64,000 nt of DNA from Corallococcus coralloides (GTDB lineage: Bacteria; Myxococcota; Myxococcia; Myxococcales; Myxococcaceae), in NCBI RefSeq assembly GCF_044792175.1, contig NZ_CP172866.1. One strand, given 5' to 3'. A program made the position numbers and the translations under genes. The notes beneath the pieces were generated by a model. The model ran no database searches and was not told the origin of the DNA. It saw only the letters and a list, made by a program, of their open reading frames with translations. Positions 18,940 to 28,833 of this stretch are shown in pieces (within the stretch, counting starts at the first letter, position 1; each line of letters starts with the position of its first letter).

Positions 18940-19836
18940 CTACGGGACGCAGGCCCCCACGTCGCCGTCGTTGTTGTTGATGGGCCGGCAGGTCGCGCCG
19001 TTCGCGCACCCCGGTGAGCCCGAGGGCAGGCGGCACAGCGTCCGGCACGTGCCGCCGCCGCCGCCGGTCATCACGCAGGTGCTGCCCCGTGAACACTGGT
19101 TGCTGAACTCGCACGCCGCGCCTTCCGTCCGCGACCCCTGGCCCGCGCACACCGAGCCGGTGGCGGCCGGGTAGCAGGCCAGCGGGCTCTCGCAGTCCTG
19201 CGCGAAGGCATCGCACCGCGCGGACGCGGGGCCGCACACCAGCGGCAGCTCGCGCGTGCCGGACAGCCGCAGCACGGTGTTGCATTCGCCCGTGCCGCAG
19301 TCGGAGGTCGCGTGGCACAGCTCGCGGCAGAAGAAGCCGACGCCGCCGTCGCCCTGCGACTCGTCCTTGCAGTACAGGCCCGCAGCGCACGTGTCGTACG
19401 TCTGGCCCGGAGGCGACTCGGCCAGCGTGCACGGCGCGCCCTCCGTGGCGGTGCCCGCCGCGACGCACTGGCGCTCGGTGGTGCCGGCGTCGGAGCCCAC
19501 GTACGTGCACCGCTGTCCGGACGGACAGTCCTGGCGGACCACGTCGCACGCGGCCGCGAAGCACTGGCTGCCCGTGCCGCCGTCCGCCAGGTCCGTGTAC
19601 AGACAGCTCTGGCCCGCGGCGCAGCCCTCCTGCTTCGTCACGTTGCACGCGAAGTCGGAGCTTCCACCGCCGCCGCCATCACCCGCGTCGACAGTCCCGG
19701 AATCTCCGGCGTCGGTCCCGGAATCCAGGGTGGTCCCGCCATCCGTTGGCGGGCGGACAGTCCCGCCGTCATCGCAGCCCGCCACCCACAGCCCCAGCAT
19801 CAGGGCGCCACCCAACAACACGAGACGTGCACTCAT
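18940..19836 (-). CDS. Cys-rich secreted lipoprotein with repeated C-x-G-x-C modules
   Basis: Lipobox WVAGCDDGG. Gly/Asp-rich linker. More than 30 Cys in repeated blocks (CAAGQSCLY, CPSGQRCTY, CAAGLYCKD and others). Confidence 0.6.
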   Translation of the reverse strand: MSARLVLLGGALMLGLWVAGCDDGGTVRPPTDGGTTLDSGTDAGDSGTVDAGDGGGGGSSDFACNVTKQEGCAAGQSCLYTDLADGGTGSQCFAAACDVVRQDCPSGQRCTYVGSDAGTTERQCVAAGTATEGAPCTLAESPPGQTYDTCAAGLYCKDESQGDGGVGFFCRELCHATSDCGTGECNTVLRLSGTRELPLVCGPASARCDAFAQDCESPLACYPAATGSVCAGQGSRTEGAACEFSNQCSRGSTCVMTGGGGGTCRTLCRLPSGSPGCANGATCRPINNNDGDVGACVP

Positions 19837-19963
19837 CCGGAAACTCCTGGCGTCGAAGTAGCCTGGGACTTACACGAGCCATTCCGTTGTCCGGGGGCCC
19901 TTGAACCGGGCCTGGAAACCAGCCGACACTTCCGGTTTGAGAACCGAGGGGGTCAGGGTGCGC

Positions 19964-20320
19964 ATGAACACGAAGTTGGATGGGCCGGTGGAGCCAGACC
20001 CGTACATGAACCGCCGCGCCGAGGAGCGCGTGGCGGCGCGGTTCGAAGTGCGTTTCGAGCAGATGGAGGACGCGGCGCGCGCGCTGCGGGCCTACTCGCT
20101 GAACCTGTCCGCGGGCGGGCTGTGCCTGCGCACGCGCAAGTCCTACGACGTGGGCGCGCAGGTGCGGCTGGCCATGGTCATCGACGGGGAGGAGTTCCAC
20201 CTCACCGGCGTCGTGGCCTGGGTGCGCGACGAGGCGGAGGCCATCGGCGTGCGCTTCATCGACGTGAGCGAGGAGGACCACGAGCGCCTGCGCCGCGTGG
20301 TCGCGAGCTTCAAGCGCTGA
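19964..20320 (+). CDS. PilZ domain protein
   Basis: RxxxR...D/NxSxGG c-di-GMP motifs (RRAEERV ... LNLSAGGLCL). GAGGGG Shine-Dalgarno 8 nt upstream of the chosen ATG. The track ORF starts earlier, at 19901. Confidence 0.65.
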   Translation: MNTKLDGPVEPDPYMNRRAEERVAARFEVRFEQMEDAARALRAYSLNLSAGGLCLRTRKSYDVGAQVRLAMVIDGEEFHLTGVVAWVRDEAEAIGVRFIDVSEEDHERLRRVVASFKR

Positions 20321-20380
20321 AGCCGCATCCGCCGCGGGTGGTGCCCGGCCAGGACGCCGGGCCCTCGCGGCACCCTGCCG

Positions 20381-20848
20381 CTACTTCTGGGGCTCGTACT
20401 CCGAGTGGCGGAACACCCCGGAGTCACCCTCCACGTAGCCGCACGCGCGGTAGAAGGCGCGCGTCTCCTCGGTGACGTTGATGGGGGCGATGAGCTGCAA
20501 CTGCTTCACGCTCAGCACCTTGCCCCGCTGCGCCACCTGCGCGAGCAGCGCGCGGCCCACGCCCCGGCGGCGCCAGCCCTCGGACACCACCAGCTCGTCC
20601 ACGGTGGCCACGCGCCCGCGCAGCCGAAGCTGCGGCCGGTGGGAGAAGGACACCATGCCCACCGCGCGGTCCTGCGGGTCTCCCGCGACGAAGATCTCAA
20701 TCTCCGGATGGCTGATGACCCAGTGCACCGTCTGCTGATCGGTGCCCTGGGGGTAGCCCAGCTCACGCAGCAGCTGGGCCATGACCTCGGCGTCACCGCG
20801 ACGCGCGCGGCGGATCCGGAAGGCGTTGGCGTCTGGGGCGGGGGTCAT
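20381..20848 (-). CDS. GNAT-family N-acetyltransferase
   Basis: Acetyl-CoA binding motif (RRRGVGRALLAQVAQ). Start at MTPAPD; the track ORF extends to 20911. Confidence 0.75.
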   Translation of the reverse strand: MTPAPDANAFRIRRARRGDAEVMAQLLRELGYPQGTDQQTVHWVISHPEIEIFVAGDPQDRAVGMVSFSHRPQLRLRGRVATVDELVVSEGWRRRGVGRALLAQVAQRGKVLSVKQLQLIAPINVTEETRAFYRACGYVEGDSGVFRHSEYEPQK

Positions 20849-20966
20849 GGTGCGGACGATGGGCTGGGACACGGAAGTTGGGATTCTAACGACTGGGCCG
20901 CCGGCCTCCAAAGAGGAACGGCGGCCCGGATGTCTTTCTGCGGTGGGGGCGGAACCGGCGCCGGCC

Positions 20967-22022
20967 CTACGGCTGCTCGCGGCAGAGCGAGCGCAGGGCG
21001 GTGGTGATGTCGTTCTGCTGCGGCACGGACGCCATCTCCAGCGCGTCCGCCAGGCCGATGCCCGGGACGAACTTGCCGGCGACCAGCCGGGGCGGCGCGA
21101 GCAGCGAGTAGAACAGCTCCTCCACGGTGCGCCGGACCAGGTGCTCGCCGAAGTTGGTGACCTCGGTGTCCTCGTTGACGAAGAGCACGCGGCCCGTCTT
21201 CTGGACGGAGGCCTTGATCATCTCCCAGTCGTACGGCCAGAGCGAGCGCAGGTCGATGACCTCCACGCTCAGGCCTTCCTCCGCCAACTGCGCGGCGGCC
21301 TTGATGCACAGGGGCATGGTGCGGCCGTAGCTGATGACCGTGGCCTGGGTGCCCTCGCGCACGAGCTTGCCCTTGCCAATGGGGATGGCGAACGCCTCCA
21401 CCAGCGGCCACTGGGGCTTCCACTGCGAGCGGTCACCCAGGGGCGCGTCGATCATCTTCGACAGCGCGCGGTCGTCGTCGGGCTCGCCCGGGATGCGCTC
21501 CTCGCCCTTCACGCGCAACAGCGCCTTGGGCTCCAGGAACATGACGGGGTTGGGGTCCTGGCACGCGGAGATGAGCAGGCCGTACGCGTCCAGCGGCGTG
21601 GAGGGCATGACGACCTTCCAGCCGGGGATGTGCGTCATCGTCGCGTCGAAGGAATGCGAGTGGTACAGCGACCCGCGGATGCCGCTGCCCACGGGCGTGC
21701 GCACCACCATGGGCACCGCCCAGTCCCCGTTGGTGGCCCAGTGCGTGTTGCCCGCCAGCTTGAGCAGGTCGATGGTGTTGTAGATGTAGTCGCAGAACTG
21801 GATCTCCGCGACGGGGCGGTGGCCCGCCATCGCCAGGCCCATGGCCGCGCCGATGATGCCGCGCTCGTCCAGGGGGCTGTTCCACGCCGTCTTCAGGCCC
21901 TGCGTGCAGGTGAAGACGCCGCCCAGCGGGGCGCCCACGTCCTCGCCGAAGATGTCGGTGACGCCCAGGTTCTCTTCCGCGTAGTGCAGGGCCATCCGGA
22001 TGGCCTGTGCCATGTTCGCCAT
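20967..22022 (-). CDS. 2-oxoacid dehydrogenase E1 component, beta subunit (transketolase-like; BCKDH/esg-like)
   Basis: E1-beta signatures: FGEDVG..GGVF, GIIGAAMGLAMAGHRP, TPVGSG, WKVVMPSTP. Confidence 0.85.
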   Translation of the reverse strand: MANMAQAIRMALHYAEENLGVTDIFGEDVGAPLGGVFTCTQGLKTAWNSPLDERGIIGAAMGLAMAGHRPVAEIQFCDYIYNTIDLLKLAGNTHWATNGDWAVPMVVRTPVGSGIRGSLYHSHSFDATMTHIPGWKVVMPSTPLDAYGLLISACQDPNPVMFLEPKALLRVKGEERIPGEPDDDRALSKMIDAPLGDRSQWKPQWPLVEAFAIPIGKGKLVREGTQATVISYGRTMPLCIKAAAQLAEEGLSVEVIDLRSLWPYDWEMIKASVQKTGRVLFVNEDTEVTNFGEHLVRRTVEELFYSLLAPPRLVAGKFVPGIGLADALEMASVPQQNDITTALRSLCREQP

Positions 22023-22024
22023 GG

Positions 22025-23032
22025 TTACTTCTTCTCCGCGTAGATGTGGTCCCAGATGGAGTCGCCAGAGGGCTGCGGCTCGTCGCGCACGGTGCGCGCC
22101 GCGGCGGCCAGCTCCTCCGTGTAGCGGTTGCGCGCCTCGTCCATCTGCTTGCGGTCGAGGACGCCCTCCTGCTCCAGCCGCGCCTCGAACAGGCGCAGGC
22201 AGTCCTGCTCCTCGTTCACGAAGTTGGCGCCGGACGCGGACGAGTGCCCGTACAGGCGCGACACGCGCGCCTCGATGAAGTACGGCTTGCGCTCCTTGCG
22301 CACGTAGTCCATCGCGGCCTGGAGCTCCTGGTAGGACTCCACCGGATCATTGCCGTTGATGACCTTCGCCGGGATGTTGAAGGCGCGCGCGCGGTCCGCG
22401 ATGTTCGTCTCGCCGTGCTGGCCGTCCGAGGTGGTGCTGATGCCCCACTTGTTGTTCGTGACGATGATCAGGATGGGCAGCGGGTTCGCCGGGCGGCTGC
22501 TCCAGATGAGGCAACTGGCGAAATCGCCCTCGGCCGTCCCCGCGTCGCCGCCGGTGACGATGCTGATGCCGTCGCCGCCGTGGCGCTTCTGGGCCATGGC
22601 CGTGCCCGGCGCGATGGCGTACTGCACTTCAATGGGGGACGTGACGGGCGCGATGTTCTTCGAGCGCCGGCTGAAGTGGCCCGCGAAGTTGCGGCCGCCG
22701 GAGTAGGGGTCCGTGGCCGTGTTCTTCATCTGCCGCAGCGCCCCGATGGGCTCCTCGCCCATGGCGAGCAGCGTCGCGGACTGGCGGTAGTGCGCGTGCA
22801 GGTAGTCGTAGGCCGGGCCCTCGCCGACCTTCATCAGCATGCCCAGGGGGACGTTGAACGCCTCCTCACCGGGGCCGCCGATCCAGAAGTAGCCGTGGCC
22901 CTGCTTGTACATCTGGATCAGGCGCTCCTCCAGGACGCGCGCCTTCACCATCAGGTCATGGATGCGGATGAGCTGCTCTCGGGGCAGGGAGAGCGGCGCG
23001 GAGTTTTCTTTGATCAACCGGGGCCGTGACAC
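22025..23032 (-). CDS. 2-oxoacid dehydrogenase E1 component, alpha subunit (TPP-dependent)
   Basis: TPP-binding GDG..EG motif (VTGGDAGTAEGDF) and YGHS. Ends 2 nt before the beta-subunit start, so they form an operon. Confidence 0.85.
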   Translation of the reverse strand: MSRPRLIKENSAPLSLPREQLIRIHDLMVKARVLEERLIQMYKQGHGYFWIGGPGEEAFNVPLGMLMKVGEGPAYDYLHAHYRQSATLLAMGEEPIGALRQMKNTATDPYSGGRNFAGHFSRRSKNIAPVTSPIEVQYAIAPGTAMAQKRHGGDGISIVTGGDAGTAEGDFASCLIWSSRPANPLPILIIVTNNKWGISTTSDGQHGETNIADRARAFNIPAKVINGNDPVESYQELQAAMDYVRKERKPYFIEARVSRLYGHSSASGANFVNEEQDCLRLFEARLEQEGVLDRKQMDEARNRYTEELAAAARTVRDEPQPSGDSIWDHIYAEKK

Positions 23033-23361
23033 GGGCGGAGGACCTCGAAGGGAAAGAAAGGGACGCCCCTATACTCCGAACGCGGCCTCCCGGCTCAAGG
23101 ACCTGTTGGCCGCCGTGTTCGCCAGCACCTTTCCGCCCCCGGGGTGGCGCGACGCGGCAATGAGCGGAACTCATCCATGCCCCGTGACGTGCTGTTCCAG
23201 GAGCGCTCCCGGTCCGGGTTGATCGCACGGCCGCTGGGGGGCCGGCGGAGGGAGCACCCGCGAGGAATTGCCCGACAGGTGGACTCCTCGCGTCAATCAG
23301 GAAGTGCGATACAGTCCGCCCCGCCCCGACCGCGTTCGTCACGACGCGGGCTCCCCCAGGT

Positions 23362-25167
23362 GTGCCTTTGTCCCGTACGAACACGCGCCTCGACCCCGTG
23401 CCCGAATCACCTGATGCGTCCGATGCGGCGCCCGGCACCCCGCCTCCTCCTCCGGAGTACACCGGCACGCATTCCCGGGAGCTCACCGCGCTGCGCGGGG
23501 AGCACACGGCCACCCGGCTGACGGGGGCGCTGGGCCTGCCGGCCGTGGAGCCCACGAGCACGGTCATCGCGCCCATGGAGGCCGGCGAGCTGCCCAACGT
23601 GGCGGCCATCCGCGGGCTGCGGTTGGATCAACTGCTGCTGCTCACCACGGGCGCGCTGGTCATCGTCATCGTGGGGCTGCTCGCCGCGCTGTCCGCGAAG
23701 ACGACGGAGGCGCAGCTCACCGCGACGTCGGACCGCTTCACGCAGCGGCTGCAGTCCCAGGCGCGCGAGCTGGGCCAGACGGTGAGCCACACGCTGGCGC
23801 TCACCTCCGCCACCAGCCTGCGTGACAACAACTACGCGTTCCTCACGGAGGTGGCGCGCTCCATCATCGCGGACAACCACAACATCCTGCGCGTGCAGAT
23901 GTTCGACGCGGACGGGCAGCTCGTCGCGGACAGCGACCCGGCCGCGAAGCTGGGCGAGTCCTCCGGAGGCCGCACCGCAGAGCGCCGCTGGGCCAGCGCC
24001 TTCTTCCAGGGCCAGCCCGTCTTCGAGTTCCAGGAGCCGCTCGACTACGGCTCGCAGGGCGGCAAGGGCGTGGTGGTCATCAGCTACTCGCTGGAGGACC
24101 TGCAGAAGCAGCTCCACGAGCTGGAGGAGACCAACCGCGCCGCGGTGCGCGCCAACACGCTGCGCATCGTGGGGCTGGGCGTGGGCTTCGTCGTCCTGGC
24201 CGGCGTGCTGGCCGCCTTCCAGAGCCGCCGCATCACCAAGCCGCTGGGCGTGCTCACCCACCGCGTGATGCAGCTCGCCGCCGGTGACCTGGGCGCCCGC
24301 GCGGGCACGGCGCCGGGCGCGGGCCGCGAGGTGACGACGCTGGGCGTGGTGTTCAACCACATGGCGGAGCGCATCAAGGTCCTGCTGGAGGACGTGCGCG
24401 CCAAGGCGCAGTTGGAGCGCGAGGTGTCGCTCGCGCGCACGGTGCAGGAGACGCTCCTGCCGGGCCGCGAGGCCGTGACGGTGGGCCCGCTGCGGCTGGC
24501 CGGGCTGGTGGTGCCCGCGGACGCGTGCGGCGGCGACTGGTGGTTCCGCGCCGCGCTGGACGACCGGCGCGTCGTCATTGGCATCGGAGACGTGACGGGC
24601 CACGGCCTGTCCACGTCGCTGGTCGCCACCAGCGCCACCAGCGGCTTCGCCTCCGCCATGACGCTGCGCGAGCCGTCGCAGGTGCACGCGCAGATGCTCA
24701 TCACCGCGCTCAACGTGACGCTGGCCAACGTGGGCCGCGGCGAGCACCAGATGTCCAGCGCGCTCGCGGTCATCGACGTGTACAGCGGCAGCATCGACTA
24801 CGCGGCGGGCGCCCACCCGGCGGCGGCCATCTACAACCGGAACACGCGGCAGATGGCGTCGCTGCCGGCGCGCGGTCCGCTGCTGGGCGCGAACGTGGCG
24901 TCGCAGTTCACGTCGCGCCAGGCGCAGTTGAGCCCCGGCGACATCATCGTCTGGTACACGGACGGCCTCACGGAGGCGCGCGACGGCGCCAACCGGCTCT
25001 ACGGCACGCAGCGGCTGGCCGCCGCGCTCCAGACCCACGCCCACCTCCCCGCCGACGCCCTCCGCGACGCGCTCCTCGCGGACGTGCGCGCGTTCAGCGC
25101 CGGTCAGCCCCAGCGCGACGACATCACCGTCATCGTCGCCGAATTCAGCCCCGCCCCCTCGCCGTGA
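23362..25167 (+). CDS. HAMP-domain PP2C-type (SpoIIE/RsbU-like) serine phosphatase, membrane-anchored
   Basis: TM segment. HAMP (RRITKPLGVLTHRVMQLAAGDLGAR). PP2C motifs (DACGGDWWF, GIGDVTGHGLSTSL, VWYTDGLTEA, DDITVIV). Confidence 0.75.
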   Translation: MPLSRTNTRLDPVPESPDASDAAPGTPPPPPEYTGTHSRELTALRGEHTATRLTGALGLPAVEPTSTVIAPMEAGELPNVAAIRGLRLDQLLLLTTGALVIVIVGLLAALSAKTTEAQLTATSDRFTQRLQSQARELGQTVSHTLALTSATSLRDNNYAFLTEVARSIIADNHNILRVQMFDADGQLVADSDPAAKLGESSGGRTAERRWASAFFQGQPVFEFQEPLDYGSQGGKGVVVISYSLEDLQKQLHELEETNRAAVRANTLRIVGLGVGFVVLAGVLAAFQSRRITKPLGVLTHRVMQLAAGDLGARAGTAPGAGREVTTLGVVFNHMAERIKVLLEDVRAKAQLEREVSLARTVQETLLPGREAVTVGPLRLAGLVVPADACGGDWWFRAALDDRRVVIGIGDVTGHGLSTSLVATSATSGFASAMTLREPSQVHAQMLITALNVTLANVGRGEHQMSSALAVIDVYSGSIDYAAGAHPAAAIYNRNTRQMASLPARGPLLGANVASQFTSRQAQLSPGDIIVWYTDGLTEARDGANRLYGTQRLAAALQTHAHLPADALRDALLADVRAFSAGQPQRDDITVIVAEFSPAPSP

Positions 25168-25174
25168 CGAACCG

Positions 25175-27689
25175 CATGCGCCCATTCATCCACTCCCCGC
25201 GCCGCGTCTCCACCGCGCTCGCCCTGCTGGCCACCCTGGCCGGCCCTCCGGCGGCGCTCGCCCAGTTCCGCCCGCCGCCCGCCACCGAGGCGCAGCGCAT
25301 GACGGAGCAGGGCGAGCAGGTCCTCGTGTCCGCCAACGCCGCGCTCGCGAAGGGCGACAAGAAGGAGGCCGAGGAGAAGTTCAAGAAGGCGCTCCAGCTC
25401 TTTGAACAATCGCTCGCGCAGGAGCCGCAGTCCGTGTTCGCCGCCGCGGGCCTGGGCAGCGCCGCCAACGCGCTCCAGGACTTCCAGCGCACGGCGACGC
25501 GCCTGGCGCCGGTGTTCGCGCAGAACCCGCGGGACCTGTCGCTCGCGTACCCGCTGGGCACCGCGTACTTCAAGCTGCGCCGCTTCCAGGAGGCGGTGCC
25601 GGTGCTGGAGCAGGTGGCCGCCGCGGATCAGCCGGACCACCTCATCGTCCACTACTACCTGGCCAGCTATTACCTGTACGTCCAGGACGGGAACCGGGCC
25701 GTGACGCGGCTGCAGCGCTACCTGGTGCTGCGCCCGGAGAAGCTCGCGGGCAACGACTTCCAGATCCACGAACTGCTGGGCAAGGCGCACCTCATCCGCC
25801 GGGACGCGGCCGCCGCGCGCGCCTCGTTCGAAAAGGCCCAGGCCGGCCGGGCCGAGTCCGCGACCGCGCAGATCGGCCTCGCGGCCGTGCTGGAGATGGA
25901 AGGCAAGGTCGCGGACTCCCGCGCGCTCCTGGAGCGGCTGGTGACGAAGTTCCCGCAGGTGGCGGAGCCGAAGGAGCGCCTCGCGCGCCTGTACCTCGCC
26001 GCGGGCGACGTGCCGCGCGCGGACCTCCAGGCCACCGCCTTGATGAAGCTGGGCTCCACGCCCGCCGCGCACCTGTTGCTGGGGGACGTGCGGCTCGCGC
26101 AGAAGCAGCCCGCGCAGGCGGAGGCGGAGTTCCGCAAGGTGCTGGAGCTGCAGCCGGGCCTGCTGATGGGGCAGATCGCCGTGGGCAAGGCGCTCCAGGC
26201 GCAGGCGCGCCACGAGGAGGCCATCCAGTTCCTGGAGTCCGCCGTGAAGTCGGGCGGCGGCAGCCTGGAGCTGTGGGCGACGCTGGGCTCCGTCAACCGC
26301 CGCGCCGGCCGCTACCAGCGCGCGGTGGAGGTGCACCGCCGCGTGGTGGAGATGGCCCCGCGTCAGGCGCTGGGGCACATGCTGCTGGGCGCGGATCACT
26401 TCGCCACCGGCCAGTGGGACCAGGCCATCGAGGACTACGGCAGCGCGCTCCAGGCCGAACCCGGCCACCCCGGCGCGAAGCAGTGGCTGGCCCGGGCCCT
26501 GGCCCACCGCGCGCGCGACCGCGCCGGCACCCAGCGCCTGGAGGACGCCGTGCGCGACCTGCGCCGCGCGTATGACCTGGACCGCTCCGTGCCCATGGCC
26601 CGCCGGCTGGGCGCGGCGCTCCTGGACAGCCACCAGTTCGCGGAGGCCCGCAAGGTGCTGGAGGGCGCGGTGACGCTGCCGGGCGTGAGCTGGCGCGAGC
26701 ACCTGCTGCTGGGCTACGCCCGGCTGGGCGGTGGCGACCCTCAGGCAGCGCTCGCCGCGTTCACCCAGTCCGGCGAGGCCACGCAGGAGCCGGATCAGCG
26801 CGCGGAGGCGTCCGCGGGCGCGGCGCTCGCGGAGGTGGAGCTGGGCCAGGTGGACGCCGCCGTGCAGCGGCTGACGGACGCGGGCCCCTCCAAGACGGCC
26901 GCGAAGGTGGCGGAGGCGAACCTGCCGCGCGTGCTGGTGCGCCGGGCCCTGGCGAAGCTGGAGGCGGGCGACGCCGCCGCGGCGAACCGGGACCTGGACG
27001 CCGTGGACCGCCTGGGCACCGGCAAGCGCGCGGACCTGGCGAAGCTGGCCGCCTTCGCCCGGGCGCTCACGCGCGCGGAGGAGGGGCGGTTCGCGGAGGC
27101 CACCGCCGGCATCAAGCGCTCCCTCACGCCCGCGCCGGAGTGGGCGTGGCCCAACACGCGCGCGCTCGCGGACGCGTGGGTGCTCTACCGCCAGGGCAAG
27201 GTGGCGCCCTCGCGCAAGCTGCTCACCGCCGCCCAGAAGAAGCCCATGCCCGGGCAGCCGAAGTGGATGGGCAACCTCACCGGCGCGCTGCTGCGGCGTG
27301 AGGCCGCGCTCGCGTACGCCTCCGGCAACATGAAGGCGTCCCAGAAGGCGCTGAAGGCCGCGCTCGCCGCGACGCCGGACGACGTGCTGGTGCAGCACAA
27401 CCTGGCGTGCGTGGACTGGCGCCAGGGCGACAGCGGCTCGGCGCTCGCGACGTGGAAGCGCCTGGAGACCTCCGTGCCCGTCGCCTCGCTCAACCTGGGC
27501 ATCGACGCGCAGGAGCGCCGGCATGAACCCGCCGAGGCCGTGGACGCCTGGCGCCGCTACCTGGCCTCCGGCGCGGGCCTCCGCGCCGCCCAGGTGCGGG
27601 AATGGAAGGACCGCCTGCAGGGCCTCTATGGACTGGGTGACGCGCAGGGCGTCACGCCGGCCGCCGGGGTCGCGGAGGAGACGCCGTGA
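25175..27689 (+). CDS. secreted TPR-repeat protein
   Basis: Signal peptide (ALLATLAGPPAALA) and more than 15 TPR-like repeats. The start is the internal Met of ORF 24525..27689; the upstream part overlaps the phosphatase in another frame. Confidence 0.7.
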
Positions 27690-28612
27690 AGACGCCATCC
27701 CTTGTCGCGCGGGGGAGCCTCCTGCTCGCCGCCGCGCTGTTCGCTGTTTCCGTCGCCAGCCCCGCCTCCGCCGCGCCGAAGAAGGCCACGCTGGGCGTGT
27801 TCCTCGCCACCACGCTGTCGGACGGCCAGGAGCGCTTCCAGTACGCGGAGGCGCTCGCCCAGAAGCTGGAGGCCAGCCTGGGCCGCCCCGTGGGCGCCAA
27901 GAGCTTCGGCCGCTACGAGGACTTCTCCAAGGCGGTGGGGGAGGGGCAGATCGACTTCGCCGTGGTGGACGGCTGGGCCGCGGTGCAACTGGGCGCCAGG
28001 GCGGAGGCGGTGGCGTACGCCCCGCGCGCCGGTGAGACGCAGCAGCGCTGGGCCATCATCTCCCTCCAGAAGGGCACCGTGAAGGACCTCGCCGGCAAGC
28101 GCATGGCGCTGGTCAAGGGCGCGGGCTCCTCGGACCCCAAGTTCGTCTCCCACGTGGTGCTGGGCGGCGACCTGGATGCCCAGAAGCACTTCAAGCTGGT
28201 GCCGGTGCCCAACGTGGAGTCGGCGGTGAAGATGCTGGAGGCCAAGGGCGCGGAGGCCGCGCTCGTGCCGGTGGCGCACGTGCCCAGGGACATGCGGGTC
28301 CTCTTCAAGAGCACCCGGGTGCCGGGCGCCGTCCTGGTGGACCTGAAGGGCGGGGGAGACGCGTTGTCCCAGTCCCTGTCCTCCGTGGGTGCGGTGGCCC
28401 CGTTCGACGCCTTCACCCGCATCCAGGGCCGCGAGTTCGAGGACTTCCGCAAGCTCGTCACCCAGGGCCCCCCGCGCCGCCAGCCCGTCTTCGCGGACAC
28501 CCCCGACCTGAGGGTGGAGACCCCCGTGCTCGTCCAGTCCGAGTCGCTGGGTCCCGCGCTCCCGCCCTTCACGGACGACCTGGCCGTCTCCGCCGAACAG
28601 CCCGATGACTGA
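27686..28612 (+). CDS. PhnD-like phosphonate/phosphate ABC-type substrate-binding protein (orphan; no permease or ATPase adjacent)
   Basis: Signal peptide. Conserved SBP_bac_3-like blocks (GQIDFAVVDGWAAVQ, KDLAGKRMALVKGAGSSD). ATGA overlap with the TPR gene stop. Confidence 0.6.
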   Translation: MKTPSLVARGSLLLAAALFAVSVASPASAAPKKATLGVFLATTLSDGQERFQYAEALAQKLEASLGRPVGAKSFGRYEDFSKAVGEGQIDFAVVDGWAAVQLGARAEAVAYAPRAGETQQRWAIISLQKGTVKDLAGKRMALVKGAGSSDPKFVSHVVLGGDLDAQKHFKLVPVPNVESAVKMLEAKGAEAALVPVAHVPRDMRVLFKSTRVPGAVLVDLKGGGDALSQSLSSVGAVAPFDAFTRIQGREFEDFRKLVTQGPPRRQPVFADTPDLRVETPVLVQSESLGPALPPFTDDLAVSAEQPDD

Positions 28613-28741
28613 TTGCGCCGTGAGCTGATCCGCGTGGGGCGCCCCCGCCGCCCCGCGCATGTTTCAGCGGGATCGACAGCCATGACTTGGCCTAAGGCGA
28701 GTTATTGCGGTAATTTGAGAAGTCGAGCGGAACGCCACCGT

Positions 28742-28830
28742 TCAGGGGTGGAAACTCGTCCCTGAGAACGATTGCCAGTCGCACCGGCTCTGGATCCTGG
28801 CGCAACGACCGCGGACATCCCTGCTTCCCC
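28742..28830 (+). promoter_or_regulatory. candidate TPP (THI-box)-like riboswitch leader upstream of the TonB-dependent receptor
   Basis: cAGGGGTGgaaactcgtcCCTGAGAacg...CTGGATCCTGGCGcaacg resembles the THI-element blocks GGGGUGCC / CUGAGA / CUGAUCCGG..GCG. The match is imperfect. Confidence 0.3.
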
Positions 28831-28833
28831 CTC

